Origin: Acidobacteriota bacterium
GTDB lineage: Bacteria > Acidobacteriota > Blastocatellia > RBC074
Assembly (NCBI GenBank): GCA_031423495.1
Contig: JANPFP010000212.1
Coordinates: forward strand, 9,466-73,465
DNA length: 64,000 nt
Direction of reading: 5' to 3'
Positions 20,040-31,048 of this stretch are shown here, in pieces. Each line of letters starts with the position of its first letter. The stretch's first letter is position 1. The position numbers were made by a program, and so were the translations under genes. The notes beneath the pieces are model-generated. The model made no database searches. It was not told where the DNA came from and saw only the letters and a program-made list of their open reading frames with translations.

Positions 20040-21839
20040 TTAAAGACGGCGTTTAATCCGATAGCCTATAACTTGCGGATTGCTCTCTTTTTTCAAAACA
20101 CAACTTAGCACAATCACTGCGCTCGGCAGCGCCACCCCAAACTCAGGAAACCACCAACCTTGCACTTGCGGCGACGAAGCTCCGATAACTAATTCAGCCG
20201 TAATTTCGCCGAAAGGTTCAATTACGATTTTTCCGCTTTGCGTCTCACACAAAAAGTCATTTCCCTCCCGGCTCACGCTCACCGCCGGATGTAGGTGAAT
20301 AAAACTTTTCACGCCATTTCCCCCAGCTTTAACTTTACGCAGCGAAAGCTGATCCGTTACTTCCCATTCGCCGCTAGCAAAACGCTTCACCTGACGTGAA
20401 TGACTTAACCCATTGGTTCCATAACCTTGCACTTCTCCTTCAAAGCTCCACCCTTCGGCATTCTCAGTGGCATCAGCCCAAAGCGCCTGCGCGCGACGCG
20501 CCACCCGAAACGTACCCCACACTTCTGACTGCTCTACGTCATCAACCATCACGGTGTTATGCGCGCGCGTCGAACGGCAATACTCCCGAAACTCATCGCC
20601 ACCATATCCATGCACTCCCGAATCAACAACCAACGGCGCTCCGTTTAGCCGCAACTCATAGCTCAACATATCGCAATGTGCGTGTGCTGTGTTATACGCG
20701 ACCGACGGCTCTCCCGCATCCACTACAATTTTTTCAAGCCGGTCAACCGATTGCCATACATAATAACCGCTGTCAGCGAAATTCCCTGTTGAGCTACTCA
20801 CAGTTTCGCCACAAACCCGACTCACGGCTTCCAACAAAGGCAGCGGGCGCGTCTCAACAGCGTTCGCCGAATCGTTAAATAGAGCCAGCGAACCATCAGC
20901 ATAACTCAAAGCCGCCAGGTGGCGTGCCATCTTAACCAAACTGCCACGCATACTTTCTGTCGCGCTTGATCGCCCAAAAGCCTTTAGCAACGCATAACAT
21001 TCCAGCGCATCGCCCAGCGTCTGAGCGTGATACATCGGCGCGCGCTCATAATGTCCGCCATCAGCTAAGACCTGCTCTGCCAATTCATCTGCCAGCCTTC
21101 GCTCTCCTTCGGCTAGCCATTCCTGCCCGCGTTTCGTATGAGCAAAAAACAAGCCGCCAATAACCAGTGCTTTTATATTTTTGAAAAGATGGTTTGCCAG
21201 CAAGTGTTTTTCTAAATGATGGCTCAAAAAATCTAGCTGCTGAAAAATACTCGTGCGCCAACGAGCCAGAAATGATGAGTCAGATTCGCGTTCAGCCACT
21301 AACGTATACGCATAAATCCAGTTCACCGTGCGCAAAGAAAGCGGGTAAGCATCCCAACCATCGCTCAAGCCAACTCGCGCCGTCGCTATCCAGCTTTCAA
21401 TTAACTCACCCGCGCACTGCCTCGCGTCAACATCTTCTTTCTCAACCCAGGCCCGCATCAGCCGCACAATATAATCTTGATAATGAAGCTGATAATTCCA
21501 TAGGTGGCTGACATAACGCACGTTCCAATCTGGCTCGACTATTTCTTTAACTTGATTAAGAAAAAGAAACTCACCGCGTTTTAATTTCTCAAGTTGCTTT
21601 TCAGTTTCTGGAGCAGGCTGGTTCAGATGGAAAAATTGCGTGTCAAAGACTTGGCGAAACTGAGACAGCACCTTGGCAGGGATTTCTGAGACAGGCTGGT
21701 CAAACCTCGTCCAACGTCTGGTTAGTAATGGAAAAGCGCGGTAACTTCGGTACTGAAACCAACGCAAAGGCCGATAAACGAACTGTTCCCATCGCAAATA
21801 AGGCAGTGTCCGGCAAATCAATCCAAGTTGGCTAAACAT
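20040..21839 (-). CDS. heparinase II/III-like protein (polysaccharide-locus associated)
   Basis: 599 aa; Hepar_II_III-like central region (…HLLANHLFKNIKALVIGGLFF…). Confidence 0.6.
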   Translation of the reverse strand: MFSQLGLICRTLPYLRWEQFVYRPLRWFQYRSYRAFPLLTRRWTRFDQPVSEIPAKVLSQFRQVFDTQFFHLNQPAPETEKQLEKLKRGEFLFLNQVKEIVEPDWNVRYVSHLWNYQLHYQDYIVRLMRAWVEKEDVDARQCAGELIESWIATARVGLSDGWDAYPLSLRTVNWIYAYTLVAERESDSSFLARWRTSIFQQLDFLSHHLEKHLLANHLFKNIKALVIGGLFFAHTKRGQEWLAEGERRLADELAEQVLADGGHYERAPMYHAQTLGDALECYALLKAFGRSSATESMRGSLVKMARHLAALSYADGSLALFNDSANAVETRPLPLLEAVSRVCGETVSSSTGNFADSGYYVWQSVDRLEKIVVDAGEPSVAYNTAHAHCDMLSYELRLNGAPLVVDSGVHGYGGDEFREYCRSTRAHNTVMVDDVEQSEVWGTFRVARRAQALWADATENAEGWSFEGEVQGYGTNGLSHSRQVKRFASGEWEVTDQLSLRKVKAGGNGVKSFIHLHPAVSVSREGNDFLCETQSGKIVIEPFGEITAELVIGASSPQVQGWWFPEFGVALPSAVIVLSCVLKKESNPQVIGYRIKRRL

Positions 21840-21843
21840 TACA

Positions 21844-23976
21844 TCAAAATGAAACCGCTATGGGCTTCCCGGTACGCAAGGCTTTTTCAATACCTAACGT
21901 CGTCAGCGTGGTCAGTGCCAAACTTCGGTAACTTATCGGCATCGCGCCCCCGTGCTTAACCGCTTGCAGGAACGAATGCAGCGATTGATCAAACCCTTTA
22001 TCCTGCGTTAGCCGTTTCGTCACGGTGCGCTTACCTTCGCGCCACACTTCCAGCAAGCGAAAATCATCCAGAACGGCTGTTCGGCCACCGCCAAAAACCT
22101 CCACTCGCTCTTTCGCCAAGCCGCGATCGCCCGTAGCAAAATAATTTATGTTGCCAATAGAGCCGTTATTAAATTTAATTATAATACTCAACGTATCTCC
22201 GCCCGCCGCGCTGGCATAAGCGAAAACTTCGATAGGCTCTGAATCTGTCAAAAACTGCATTAAATCTACGAAATGGCAAACTTCGCCAATAATTCGCCCG
22301 CCCCCTTCGGCCTGTTGAATCCAACTTTCGCGCGGTATAGCTCCAGCATTGACCCGATAGCTAATCGCCAGCGAAGCCACATCAGCAAAAGCACTTTTCA
22401 TTTGTGCAACTAACGCAGAAAAGCGGCGATTAAATCCCACAAAAACCCGCTCACCGTGCATAGCCACCGCCTCGCTAATTAAATGCAACCCCGCCTCATC
22501 AACTGACAATGGCTTTTCTACGTAAACGGTTTTCCCCGCCGCTAAAGCCTCTGACGTAATCCGCGCATGGTTATCGTGGCGCGTAGCGATTAGCACCGCA
22601 TTCGCCCGCTCATCTTGTAACAACTCACGGTAATCTGTCGTACACGTGGCGAAACCATATTGTTCGCCCACCGTTTTGGCGCTTCGCCCCGTTGCGGTAG
22701 CAATGCCCAACAACTGAATGTCTTTGAGCTTGCTTAAGCGCGGTAACAAAACGCTCTTGGCAAAATTCCCCGCGCCAATTACTCCCAGTCGAATATGCGG
22801 CTGCGCTTTAGCTGAGTTCTCTAGGGTTATAGTTCGCTCCCCTTGCGCAACCGCGCCCTCATACGTCAGCACCACGCCGAGGTAAGGTTCCTTTTTCTTG
22901 CCTGTAATAATGTCGTAAGCCGCTTCAGCCTGCTCAATAGGAAACCGGTGAGAAATAAGTTGAGTTACATTAACCGCCTTAACTGAAACCAACCTCAGAA
23001 ATTCCTGCATATTTCGGCGCTCAGTCCAACGCACATAACCCAACGGATAATCTACGCCTTGCTCTTCGTATTGCGCGTCATAACGACCCGGCCCATAAGA
23101 ACGAGAAAGTCTCAGTTGTAACTCTTTTTCGTAATAAGGCTTGCGCGGCAAATCCATTTTCACCGCTCCCACCATTGAGACAATCGCCCTATCGCGGGCA
23201 ATTTCTCCGGCTAGCTCAAGCGGATCATTCGTGTCAGCCGCCGCCGTAATAATAATGGCATCAGCACCGCCGCCCGCTGTCATTTCACGCACGGCAAAAT
23301 CCACGTCCGCGCTGCGCAAAATAACGACATCCGTTCCCAAGCTGCGCGCTAAGTCTAATTTGTTTTCCTCAAAATCAATCCCGATAACTCGGCAACCCGC
23401 CGCTTTTAGAATTTGCACTGTCAGCAATCCTAAAATGCCTAAACCAATAATCGCTACACATTCGCCCAATTTAGCTTCTGAGGTTCTAACCCCTTGCAAC
23501 GCAATCGCGCCTAACGTAACAAACGCAGCTTCTTCAAAAGAAACCGCTTCAGGAATTTTTACGGTTAAGTTTTTAGGCACATAAACCATCTCAGCATGCG
23601 ACGCATAATTCATGCCAGCGCACGCCACCCGCTCACCTACCTGAAACTCTTCCGCCCCTTGGCCGACCTCGTCAATCGTTCCCGCACAGCTATACCCCAA
23701 AGCCAACGGCGCATCGAGTTTGGCATTAACGGTGTTGAGCGTATTCATCAACCCATCCCGTTTCAGTTTCTGCCACACCTGTCGAACCAGATCAGGGCGT
23801 TCTTTGGCCTTGCCTACCAACGACTTTTGCGCGAGGCCAATCGCCATCTTCTCTGTCCCCGCGCTGATTAACGACGCCGCGTTTCTCACCAACACGCCGC
23901 CTCTTTTGCCCATCGTTTCGGGCACATCTGCGACTTCTAGTTTGCCTGTGCGAAAATTTTGTAAGACCTGCTTCAT
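21844..23976 (-). CDS. bi-domain oxidoreductase: zinc-type alcohol dehydrogenase (MDR) N-half + Gfo/Idh/MocA C-half
   Basis: GxGxxG Rossmann motifs in both halves (IIGLGILG…, LGVIGAGNFAKS…). Confidence 0.75.
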   Translation of the reverse strand: MKQVLQNFRTGKLEVADVPETMGKRGGVLVRNAASLISAGTEKMAIGLAQKSLVGKAKERPDLVRQVWQKLKRDGLMNTLNTVNAKLDAPLALGYSCAGTIDEVGQGAEEFQVGERVACAGMNYASHAEMVYVPKNLTVKIPEAVSFEEAAFVTLGAIALQGVRTSEAKLGECVAIIGLGILGLLTVQILKAAGCRVIGIDFEENKLDLARSLGTDVVILRSADVDFAVREMTAGGGADAIIITAAADTNDPLELAGEIARDRAIVSMVGAVKMDLPRKPYYEKELQLRLSRSYGPGRYDAQYEEQGVDYPLGYVRWTERRNMQEFLRLVSVKAVNVTQLISHRFPIEQAEAAYDIITGKKKEPYLGVVLTYEGAVAQGERTITLENSAKAQPHIRLGVIGAGNFAKSVLLPRLSKLKDIQLLGIATATGRSAKTVGEQYGFATCTTDYRELLQDERANAVLIATRHDNHARITSEALAAGKTVYVEKPLSVDEAGLHLISEAVAMHGERVFVGFNRRFSALVAQMKSAFADVASLAISYRVNAGAIPRESWIQQAEGGGRIIGEVCHFVDLMQFLTDSEPIEVFAYASAAGGDTLSIIIKFNNGSIGNINYFATGDRGLAKERVEVFGGGRTAVLDDFRLLEVWREGKRTVTKRLTQDKGFDQSLHSFLQAVKHGGAMPISYRSLALTTLTTLGIEKALRTGKPIAVSF

Positions 23977-23988
23977 GCTCGCCTTAAT

Positions 23989-25878
23989 TTACCAGTTATT
24001 CGTAATATATTTGCGATACCAGGCGTCGAACATCAAGATCGCAAATAACTCATATGAGTTATCGCGTTTTCCCTGGCGATGCTCTGCGCGCATTCTCGTG
24101 ATCGTGTCGTAATGAAAAATGCCTTCTCGCTCGACATAATCACGAGGTAATAGTTCGTCAAAATAGCTATCCAGCTTAGTGCGCATCCAGTTGCCCAAAG
24201 GCACGTTAAAACCTTTTTTAGGTATTTTTTGATTTTCCGGCGGAATCAAATGGGCAAACGCCCGTCGTAATATCTGCTTGCTGCCGTGCGAGTTGAGTTT
24301 GAGCGAAAAAGGGATTTGAAAAGCTAATTCCACCAACCGATGATCAAGATAAGGCACTCGTAACTCAAGCCCCCAGGCCATGCTCATTTTGTCTGAGTAT
24401 TCAAGCAGGTTATCCGGCAAAAAGGTTTCAGTGTCGAGCAAAGAAAATCTGTTACCGTCTTCCCAATCTTTGGGGTAATTATCCAGATGCTTTTTCAACA
24501 CCCGGTGCGCCGGTAACGTCGCGGCGGCACGATTAGGTAAAAGCTGCCCTTTTCTGCCTTCATTCAAATAGTAAACCCATTGCAGGTATTGCCGTGCTTC
24601 ATCTTTATCCAAACCACCTAATAATGCCCGCCAACGATGTAACCGGCGATCCGCAAAGTTATCTGAAGCAAATGAAAGCAGCTTTAACGCCGCTTTTGAC
24701 AGCGGAGGCGGAATAAATTTCAACCAGTGCGCCGCCTGCACCGCGCGATAACGGGGGTATCCGCCAAACAGCTCATCCCCACCCGCCCCAGACAATGCGA
24801 CAGTGACATGTTCTCGTGTATATTGTGATAGCAAATAGGTTAAAAAAAACGTCGTATTCCCAAAAGGCTGATCGAAATGCTGCACCATATCTAACATCTT
24901 TTCCGGGTGAGAAAGGTCTATCGGCAATTCATAATGTTCTGTGCCGAACCGTTCTGCGACTCTGCGGGCTTCTACCCGCTCATCGTAATAATCCAAGCCT
25001 GCACCTTCGAATAACACGGTAAAGGTTTTAACCGGCTTTCGAGAGGCTTGCGCCATTACTCCGACAATTAAATTCGAATCAACTCCGCCAGATAAAAATG
25101 CTCCCAAGGGTACGTCGCTAGCCATCTGTTTATGCACCGCGTCAGTGAATAACTCACGCACCTGCGTTTCGAGCGATGCTGCCCCGCAGAGGTTTTCGGC
25201 ATTCCCGCCACCTTGCGCTTGCCAATAGCATTGAATTTGAACAATCCGCTTTGCTTCCAGGTCGAATTCAAGCCAGTGCGCCGGAGGCAATTGAAAGATT
25301 CCCTGATAAATAGTTTGCGGGCAAGGTACGTATAAAAAAGAAAAGAAATCAGAAACTGATTGCTCATCCACAGCAGGAGAGTAACAGCCCGACGCGAGTA
25401 TTGCCTTAATTTCCGACCCGAAAATAAATTTATCGCCTGCCTGGGTGTAATATAGCGGCTTGACGCCGAGATGATCCCGCACCAAAAAGAGCCGCGCCTT
25501 TTTCGCATCATAAAGCGCCAGCGCAAACATCCCATTGAGCATCCCGAACGCTTTAACCCCGCGCTCTTCATAAAGATGCAAAATGGTTTCGGTGTCACTG
25601 TTAGAGCGAATTTGATGGCGAGACAAATCAAGCTGTTTTTTTAATTCGAGGTGATTATAAATCTCTCCGTTAAACGTCACCCAGACGCTTTCGTCTTCGT
25701 TAGCCATCGGCTGTCGTCCCAAAGCAGAAAGGTCAATGATACTTAAACGACGATGGCCTAATCCAAGCTCGTGCTGTAAAAATAACTCTACCCCTTCCCC
25801 ATCAGGCCCACGATGCGCCAGCGTGCGCGTCATCCGCTCCACCACCGCCCGTTCTGAAATGCCGACAATGCCACACAT
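23989..25878 (-). CDS. asparagine synthetase (glutamine-hydrolysing) family amidotransferase, copy 1
   Basis: N-terminal MCGIVGI glutaminase nucleophile, SGGVDS PP-loop; start set at MCGIVG (ORF track 25887). Confidence 0.85.
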   Translation of the reverse strand: MCGIVGISERAVVERMTRTLAHRGPDGEGVELFLQHELGLGHRRLSIIDLSALGRQPMANEDESVWVTFNGEIYNHLELKKQLDLSRHQIRSNSDTETILHLYEERGVKAFGMLNGMFALALYDAKKARLFLVRDHLGVKPLYYTQAGDKFIFGSEIKAILASGCYSPAVDEQSVSDFFSFLYVPCPQTIYQGIFQLPPAHWLEFDLEAKRIVQIQCYWQAQGGGNAENLCGAASLETQVRELFTDAVHKQMASDVPLGAFLSGGVDSNLIVGVMAQASRKPVKTFTVLFEGAGLDYYDERVEARRVAERFGTEHYELPIDLSHPEKMLDMVQHFDQPFGNTTFFLTYLLSQYTREHVTVALSGAGGDELFGGYPRYRAVQAAHWLKFIPPPLSKAALKLLSFASDNFADRRLHRWRALLGGLDKDEARQYLQWVYYLNEGRKGQLLPNRAAATLPAHRVLKKHLDNYPKDWEDGNRFSLLDTETFLPDNLLEYSDKMSMAWGLELRVPYLDHRLVELAFQIPFSLKLNSHGSKQILRRAFAHLIPPENQKIPKKGFNVPLGNWMRTKLDSYFDELLPRDYVEREGIFHYDTITRMRAEHRQGKRDNSYELFAILMFDAWYRKYITNNW

Positions 25879-25892
25879 GCCACACATAAATC

Positions 25893-27668
25893 TCAGCGCC
25901 GCCCTAACTCATATAAAGTGAAATGTTGATCTGACCATAAATGTTGGCAGCGAAAATATTCGGGCAATCGGGTAACCTCAAGGCCGAGATGCTGAGGTAA
26001 CAATACATAACCTAACGGCACAATCACACTTAACTTTGGCGCAGTTTTCCAAGCCTTAAACCGCTGCTCAAATTCTTCCGCCTCTTCCGTCATGGATTGC
26101 ATTAGCTGTTGGCTTTCAACATTGGGCGGGCGCTGAAGTTGCTGAAAAAAAATATCTACGGGTTTGCTTTGCAACCAGGCAGAAAACTCGTCTGCGCTCA
26201 TTCCACTTAACCATTTTCCTGCCACCACTCGCTCTTTTATCCCTGCTTCAGTGGTTTTTGTCTCACTGAGCCACATATAGCGTGAAAAATAAGCGGTCGC
26301 ATTGGTATAAAGCGGGATGGCTTCCCGCGCCAATTCATTAGGGCAATAGACCAAAGCTCCAGCAGGTATATGCTGCCTGATTGCTTGCATAGCGCCCTGC
26401 GCCATCACCGCCTCGCGTCCCAACGCAAAGACTTCACGATAGCGCGCATACTGAAAGGCGACGGCAATAATTAAGCACAACCCGATAGCAACTCTACGCA
26501 AATTGCGTACAATTCTAGCTGTGCGCGCTTCACGCTCCCAACGTTGAGCTATTACTAAACAAAACGCGACCAACGCTAAATTCAGGGCAGGGCGGCCAAA
26601 ATAGTGCAAATAGTGATAGGGCTGAATAAAAATTCCCGTCAGAACATTTTGTAATGCTCCGAGTGTAATCACTAGATTCAATACTAAGAGCGGCCATAAC
26701 GCTAGCCGCTGTTGACGGTCGTAAACGATTACTCCTAACAAGGCAGCGCTTATCATTAAGCCAATCCAAATAGCAGGATCTGCCGGCCAACTCCGCGTGT
26801 GTGCCGAAGCTGCGGATTGGCTGATTTGGCTAAAGTTTTTTATTACTGCCGAGAAGTACGGAAGCGCAATGATCAATCCCAGTAGAATAGCTAACAACCA
26901 AACTTTCAGTTTTTCAGGGTACTGCCAGCGCACTACCAACGCTCCCAACACAAACCAACCCAACAAGATCGTCCAGCTAAAATAATAACAGTAAAAACTT
27001 ATCCCAAAACCGATACCAGCCAGCACACTGGCGCTCCGGCAGAAGTTCAGGCGATTCAACTTCAGTAAGGCCAGCGAAACAGCTATCGTAAAATAATGAA
27101 TTACCGCTGTGAATTGAGGCTGATAGCGCCTGCTATAAGGTAACGATAAATGAAACCCCGGATCGAAGCCTGTCAGCAGAGTTGCCATGTATCGCGCTTG
27201 CATCAGCCATAACACGGGCGGAAGCATGAGCAATGAGAAAACCGTACATAACATTATGCTTGATGGTTCGCGCGCGCCGCAAAACCAAGCCAGATACGCG
27301 AAAAAGAAACCAGTCATTGCCGGTAAGATAAAGCTGCCTAGCAGAAACAAAATAATGACTGGCAAGCGGGTGATTCGAGCCAACTGCCCGATTACCCACG
27401 CAGGAAAAAACTGTACGGTCGCAAAAGAAAAAGGAATAGTTGATTGCGGATCAAACTGATGTGGATCAGGTTGCGTGATATGCTCTCCCGCTGCACGCGA
27501 AGCCCATACCGCATAGGCAATTTCGTCATAGTTCTCTTCCAGCAATACTTGCGGAGCGTGCCAATCGCGTAAATAAAAGAGTTGTGGCAAAAAATATACC
27601 GCTCCTATCGAAAGAGCGATTAACAAAGCCCATCTGAATGGGAACGAGGCATCGGAAGAAGAAATCAT
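25893..27668 (-). CDS. polytopic membrane protein, putative GT-C-type glycosyltransferase (ArnT/PMT-like DE motif)
   Basis: 591 aa, about 12 hydrophobic segments; DEIAYA motif in first loop resembles DExRYA of GT-C enzymes; inference only. Confidence 0.4.
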   Translation of the reverse strand: MISSSDASFPFRWALLIALSIGAVYFLPQLFYLRDWHAPQVLLEENYDEIAYAVWASRAAGEHITQPDPHQFDPQSTIPFSFATVQFFPAWVIGQLARITRLPVIILFLLGSFILPAMTGFFFAYLAWFCGAREPSSIMLCTVFSLLMLPPVLWLMQARYMATLLTGFDPGFHLSLPYSRRYQPQFTAVIHYFTIAVSLALLKLNRLNFCRSASVLAGIGFGISFYCYYFSWTILLGWFVLGALVVRWQYPEKLKVWLLAILLGLIIALPYFSAVIKNFSQISQSAASAHTRSWPADPAIWIGLMISAALLGVIVYDRQQRLALWPLLVLNLVITLGALQNVLTGIFIQPYHYLHYFGRPALNLALVAFCLVIAQRWEREARTARIVRNLRRVAIGLCLIIAVAFQYARYREVFALGREAVMAQGAMQAIRQHIPAGALVYCPNELAREAIPLYTNATAYFSRYMWLSETKTTEAGIKERVVAGKWLSGMSADEFSAWLQSKPVDIFFQQLQRPPNVESQQLMQSMTEEAEEFEQRFKAWKTAPKLSVIVPLGYVLLPQHLGLEVTRLPEYFRCQHLWSDQHFTLYELGRR

Positions 27669-28594
27669 CAGCGATTGGTGCGCGTGGCAGAAGGCGTAAA
27701 ATCGGGCGGCACAGGCAACTCTTGTTTAAGTTGCTGTTCATAAAGTTTAGCTGAGATTACTGTTTCGTGCATCATCATTAACGAACAAAACAAAAGCCCT
27801 GCGCGTCCATCCAAAAATCCGCGCTTGATAACATACATCCAGATAAATCGCAGTAGCGGGCGTGCTGGCAAACGCGCCCACCAACGTTTAATAAAACGCT
27901 TTCTCTCGACTGGTGCCCCCCAAAACGACGGAGTAATTACGTCACCTCCGGCGGCATCGTTTGCTAAATTAAAATAGACTCTGGCGTCCCAGGTCGAGTA
28001 GCGATTATGCCTCTCGATAAAATGATAGATGGACTTGAAATCTTCGTGAAGCAAGTCATTTTTTAGATATGCGGCCTGCCCTGAAAAGATCACATGCTCG
28101 TGAACTTCGACATCACCTGTGTGTTGAATGTCTTGGGTCTTTAATTGCTCAAAGCGTCCCATTCGATGCTTAAATAATCGTAAGTTCCAACTTGGGTACC
28201 ACCCGCAATGCTTAATCCAGCGACCTAAAAAAATCAGCTTACGATTGAGATAATACCCTTCGGCCTGATTCCCTTGTTCCCACAGTTGGCGAATTTCTGC
28301 GACTAACTCACGGGTAACGCGTTCATCTGCATCAAGTAACAAAACCCATTCATTAGCGAAATTGAGATTTTCCAGCGCCCAATTTTTCTTTTTCGGGCCA
28401 CCCGCCTGCCAATCAAATTGTATGATCCTGGCACCATGCAATTCAGCGAGCGCCACTGTTTCATCCGTGCTATGCGAATCAACCACCCAAACTTCATCAG
28501 CCCAGGCAACCGATGTCAGGCAGTCAACTATATTCAAAGCCTCGTTCTTGACTGGAACAATCACCGATATAGGTAATTTATCTGGGTTTAGCAT
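27668..28594 (-). CDS. glycosyltransferase family 2
   Basis: ISVIVPVKNEALNIVDCLTSV…DSHSTDET GT-A N-terminus; DAD motif. Confidence 0.8.
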   Translation of the reverse strand: MLNPDKLPISVIVPVKNEALNIVDCLTSVAWADEVWVVDSHSTDETVALAELHGARIIQFDWQAGGPKKKNWALENLNFANEWVLLLDADERVTRELVAEIRQLWEQGNQAEGYYLNRKLIFLGRWIKHCGWYPSWNLRLFKHRMGRFEQLKTQDIQHTGDVEVHEHVIFSGQAAYLKNDLLHEDFKSIYHFIERHNRYSTWDARVYFNLANDAAGGDVITPSFWGAPVERKRFIKRWWARLPARPLLRFIWMYVIKRGFLDGRAGLLFCSLMMMHETVISAKLYEQQLKQELPVPPDFTPSATRTNR

Positions 28595-29770
28595 TTAATG
28601 GCCTGATTGAATGAGAGTCTTATCAACCAATCGCATCAGATCGGTTACGTGAGTAGCCCAGGAAAAACTTTCAATCCTTTTTCTTCCCGCCTTAACGAGC
28701 TTATCGCTCAACGACTGGTCGCGTATCAAGCGAACCACCTGATTCGCCAATTGCCGCTCATCAAAAACATCAAAATAAACTGCCGCTTCCGCACAAACCT
28801 CACGCTGAACGGGCAAATCCGCAGCCACAATCGGCAAGCCATGAGCCATTGCCTCTAACATAGGGTGTCCAAAACTTTCAGCGTAAGAAGGGCAAATAAA
28901 AATGTCGGCAGCCTGATATACGTTAGTGAGTTGATCATACTCAACCGCTCCTAACATAGTCAGGTATGCGCTAACCTTGAGCTTCTCTATCATTTCCGCC
29001 ACCTTATCGGTTTTATACCCGCCATAGTTTTTACCAGATTTCAAATCGGTAGTGAGAATAAGCCTAAGCGGCGCACCAAGTAATTCATGGATAAACGGCA
29101 AAGCTGCTATCAACGTCTCAAAATTGCGAAAGTAATTATAATGACTGACATAAAGCAGACTTTTCGTTTCAGGCTCTCTCGCCAAAGAATGAAAAGCGCC
29201 TGATGGCGACGCGATGAATAACTCTGCGTCGAATCCAAAGGGAAGAACGTTTATTTTTTCACTTGGCACGCCAGCGCGCAGCAAATGCGCCGCCATCGCC
29301 CTCGTAGGAGTTACGTAAGAAGTGGAGGCCCGCAAAGAAAGGTTCGACAGCCAGGTTTTCACTTTATGGTCAATCAGCATCTTCCATTCACGGCGCTCCC
29401 GTAAATCCGCCGTGAAATACTCCGAAAAATAAAGCTCATTGCGGCAAAACAAAATTTGCGGAACCGGCGACCTTAGTAGCGCGAAATTTCCCAACGAAAT
29501 CAACAAGTCGCCTTTTTTCTGAAGAATAACCTTCCTAAGTGAATGCTGTTCCCACCAAACACGCGCGCCCGTTCCCGATAACTCAGGAATGGGTATGACA
29601 GTGAAAAATGACCGTAAAGCTGCTAACCAGTCCGCGTTCGTATCAGTCGGCAAAAAAACGAAAAACTCATGTAAATGGCTCCAGGCAGAAAGGCGCGGCA
29701 AGACATTTCTTAGGTAAGTTACGCCGCCGCCCGCCGTTGAGGCCAAGGCGTTTATGAAAACTTTAGCCAT
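28595..29770 (-). CDS. glycosyltransferase family 4 (group 1)
   Basis: C-terminal …ICPSYAESFGHPMLEAMAHGLPIVAAD… GT-B motif. Confidence 0.8.
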   Translation of the reverse strand: MAKVFINALASTAGGGVTYLRNVLPRLSAWSHLHEFFVFLPTDTNADWLAALRSFFTVIPIPELSGTGARVWWEQHSLRKVILQKKGDLLISLGNFALLRSPVPQILFCRNELYFSEYFTADLRERREWKMLIDHKVKTWLSNLSLRASTSYVTPTRAMAAHLLRAGVPSEKINVLPFGFDAELFIASPSGAFHSLAREPETKSLLYVSHYNYFRNFETLIAALPFIHELLGAPLRLILTTDLKSGKNYGGYKTDKVAEMIEKLKVSAYLTMLGAVEYDQLTNVYQAADIFICPSYAESFGHPMLEAMAHGLPIVAADLPVQREVCAEAAVYFDVFDERQLANQVVRLIRDQSLSDKLVKAGRKRIESFSWATHVTDLMRLVDKTLIQSGH

Positions 29771-31025
29771 AAGCGGTAGCGGGTTCTTTGTTACCCGCTG
29801 ACATCAGCGCATAACTCAACCATCCTGCCATCCAAAGCAATGCCCATACTTGATGAGACATAACAAACACCTCCCACCCCCAACTTTTCACCATCCCTTC
29901 AGGGAAGTAGCCACGATTTACTGCCCAAGCCAACGCCGCTGCTCCGGGTATTAAAAATGGCAGGCAACCGACTAGCACCGCCTTTGCCGTAAGTTTTGCC
30001 GCGACACTCTCGTGCCATTGAGAAAGAGCCAGTGCTACGGCAAAAAGCAATAGGCTCGCGTCATAAAACCGATGATAAACAGGTAACAAACTGATGGTGA
30101 TTACTGCGGCTGACGTTAGCAGTGAAGAAGGTAGCTGCTTTGTATTTCTGTGCCTGACAATCAGCCCGACTGCGAGCAATCCGACGAGAATAAGCGTCGC
30201 GCCCTCTACGGCCAACCGGTTGTCAGTTATCGCGTAAAATAATCGTTGTAAATTAATCAGATCGTGACGCCACGGATTCGCCGCTGACGAGTCACTGTCG
30301 TGCCCTTCCGCTAAAAATGAACTTACTAACCTGCGGTAATTTTGCCACCAGCCAGGAATATACTTCTGCATCCATAGCGTTGTCGCAATAAGTATCGCCC
30401 CAAGCCCAGTTAATCCTAAATAAACCGGCTTCCAGCATCGTCGGAGCATTAACACGGCAACAAATACCGCACCGATCTGAGGCTTCAGCATAAGGCTGAC
30501 CAATAAACAGGTACTGGCCGCCCACAAGCGATTTTGTCCGCTCGCCCACCATCCAACAGCCCCCAGGCTGATAGCAGGAATCGCTAAATTCCCTGTCGCC
30601 ATCCCGCTGTGCCACGGCGCCCAACTTAGCCCCGATGCCCACAAAACCAGCGAGCGCGAATCAAGCTGGCCGCCCAGCGATAAGGTCAACACCGTCAACA
30701 GTGCTGCGAGTCCGACCGTATCAACGACCAGTAATAAATAGCGGAAGTGCTCCCACGACAATTGAGAAAATACGGAAAGAATAACCAGCGTCGTAGGCGG
30801 GTAGATGGCCGATGGAAAGGTTGGAATAGTAGTGTTGCTTGATTTATTTATAAGTTCGAGCCGGGCGGTTTCAAGTAACTCACCGTTATAAGGGTTAATC
30901 TTTTTTACCAGCAGCCGCGAACTCAGGTAAGGGCCAAGACTGTCGCGCGCCTCAGACATGCGCATTGGCCCTCGCCAAATAAACCAACCCAGAGAGAGCG
31001 CAACCAGCAAAAAGTACTTAGCCAC
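29763..31025 (-). CDS. integral membrane protein, possibly DUF2029/GT87-like glycosyltransferase
   Basis: 420 aa, about 10 TM segments, AIYPP motif near N-terminus; weak inference. Confidence 0.35.
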   Translation of the reverse strand: MAKYFLLVALSLGWFIWRGPMRMSEARDSLGPYLSSRLLVKKINPYNGELLETARLELINKSSNTTIPTFPSAIYPPTTLVILSVFSQLSWEHFRYLLLVVDTVGLAALLTVLTLSLGGQLDSRSLVLWASGLSWAPWHSGMATGNLAIPAISLGAVGWWASGQNRLWAASTCLLVSLMLKPQIGAVFVAVLMLRRCWKPVYLGLTGLGAILIATTLWMQKYIPGWWQNYRRLVSSFLAEGHDSDSSAANPWRHDLINLQRLFYAITDNRLAVEGATLILVGLLAVGLIVRHRNTKQLPSSLLTSAAVITISLLPVYHRFYDASLLLFAVALALSQWHESVAAKLTAKAVLVGCLPFLIPGAAALAWAVNRGYFPEGMVKSWGWEVFVMSHQVWALLWMAGWLSYALMSAGNKEPATAYG

Positions 31026-31048
31026 TTAAGCGATAATCCAAGAAAAAG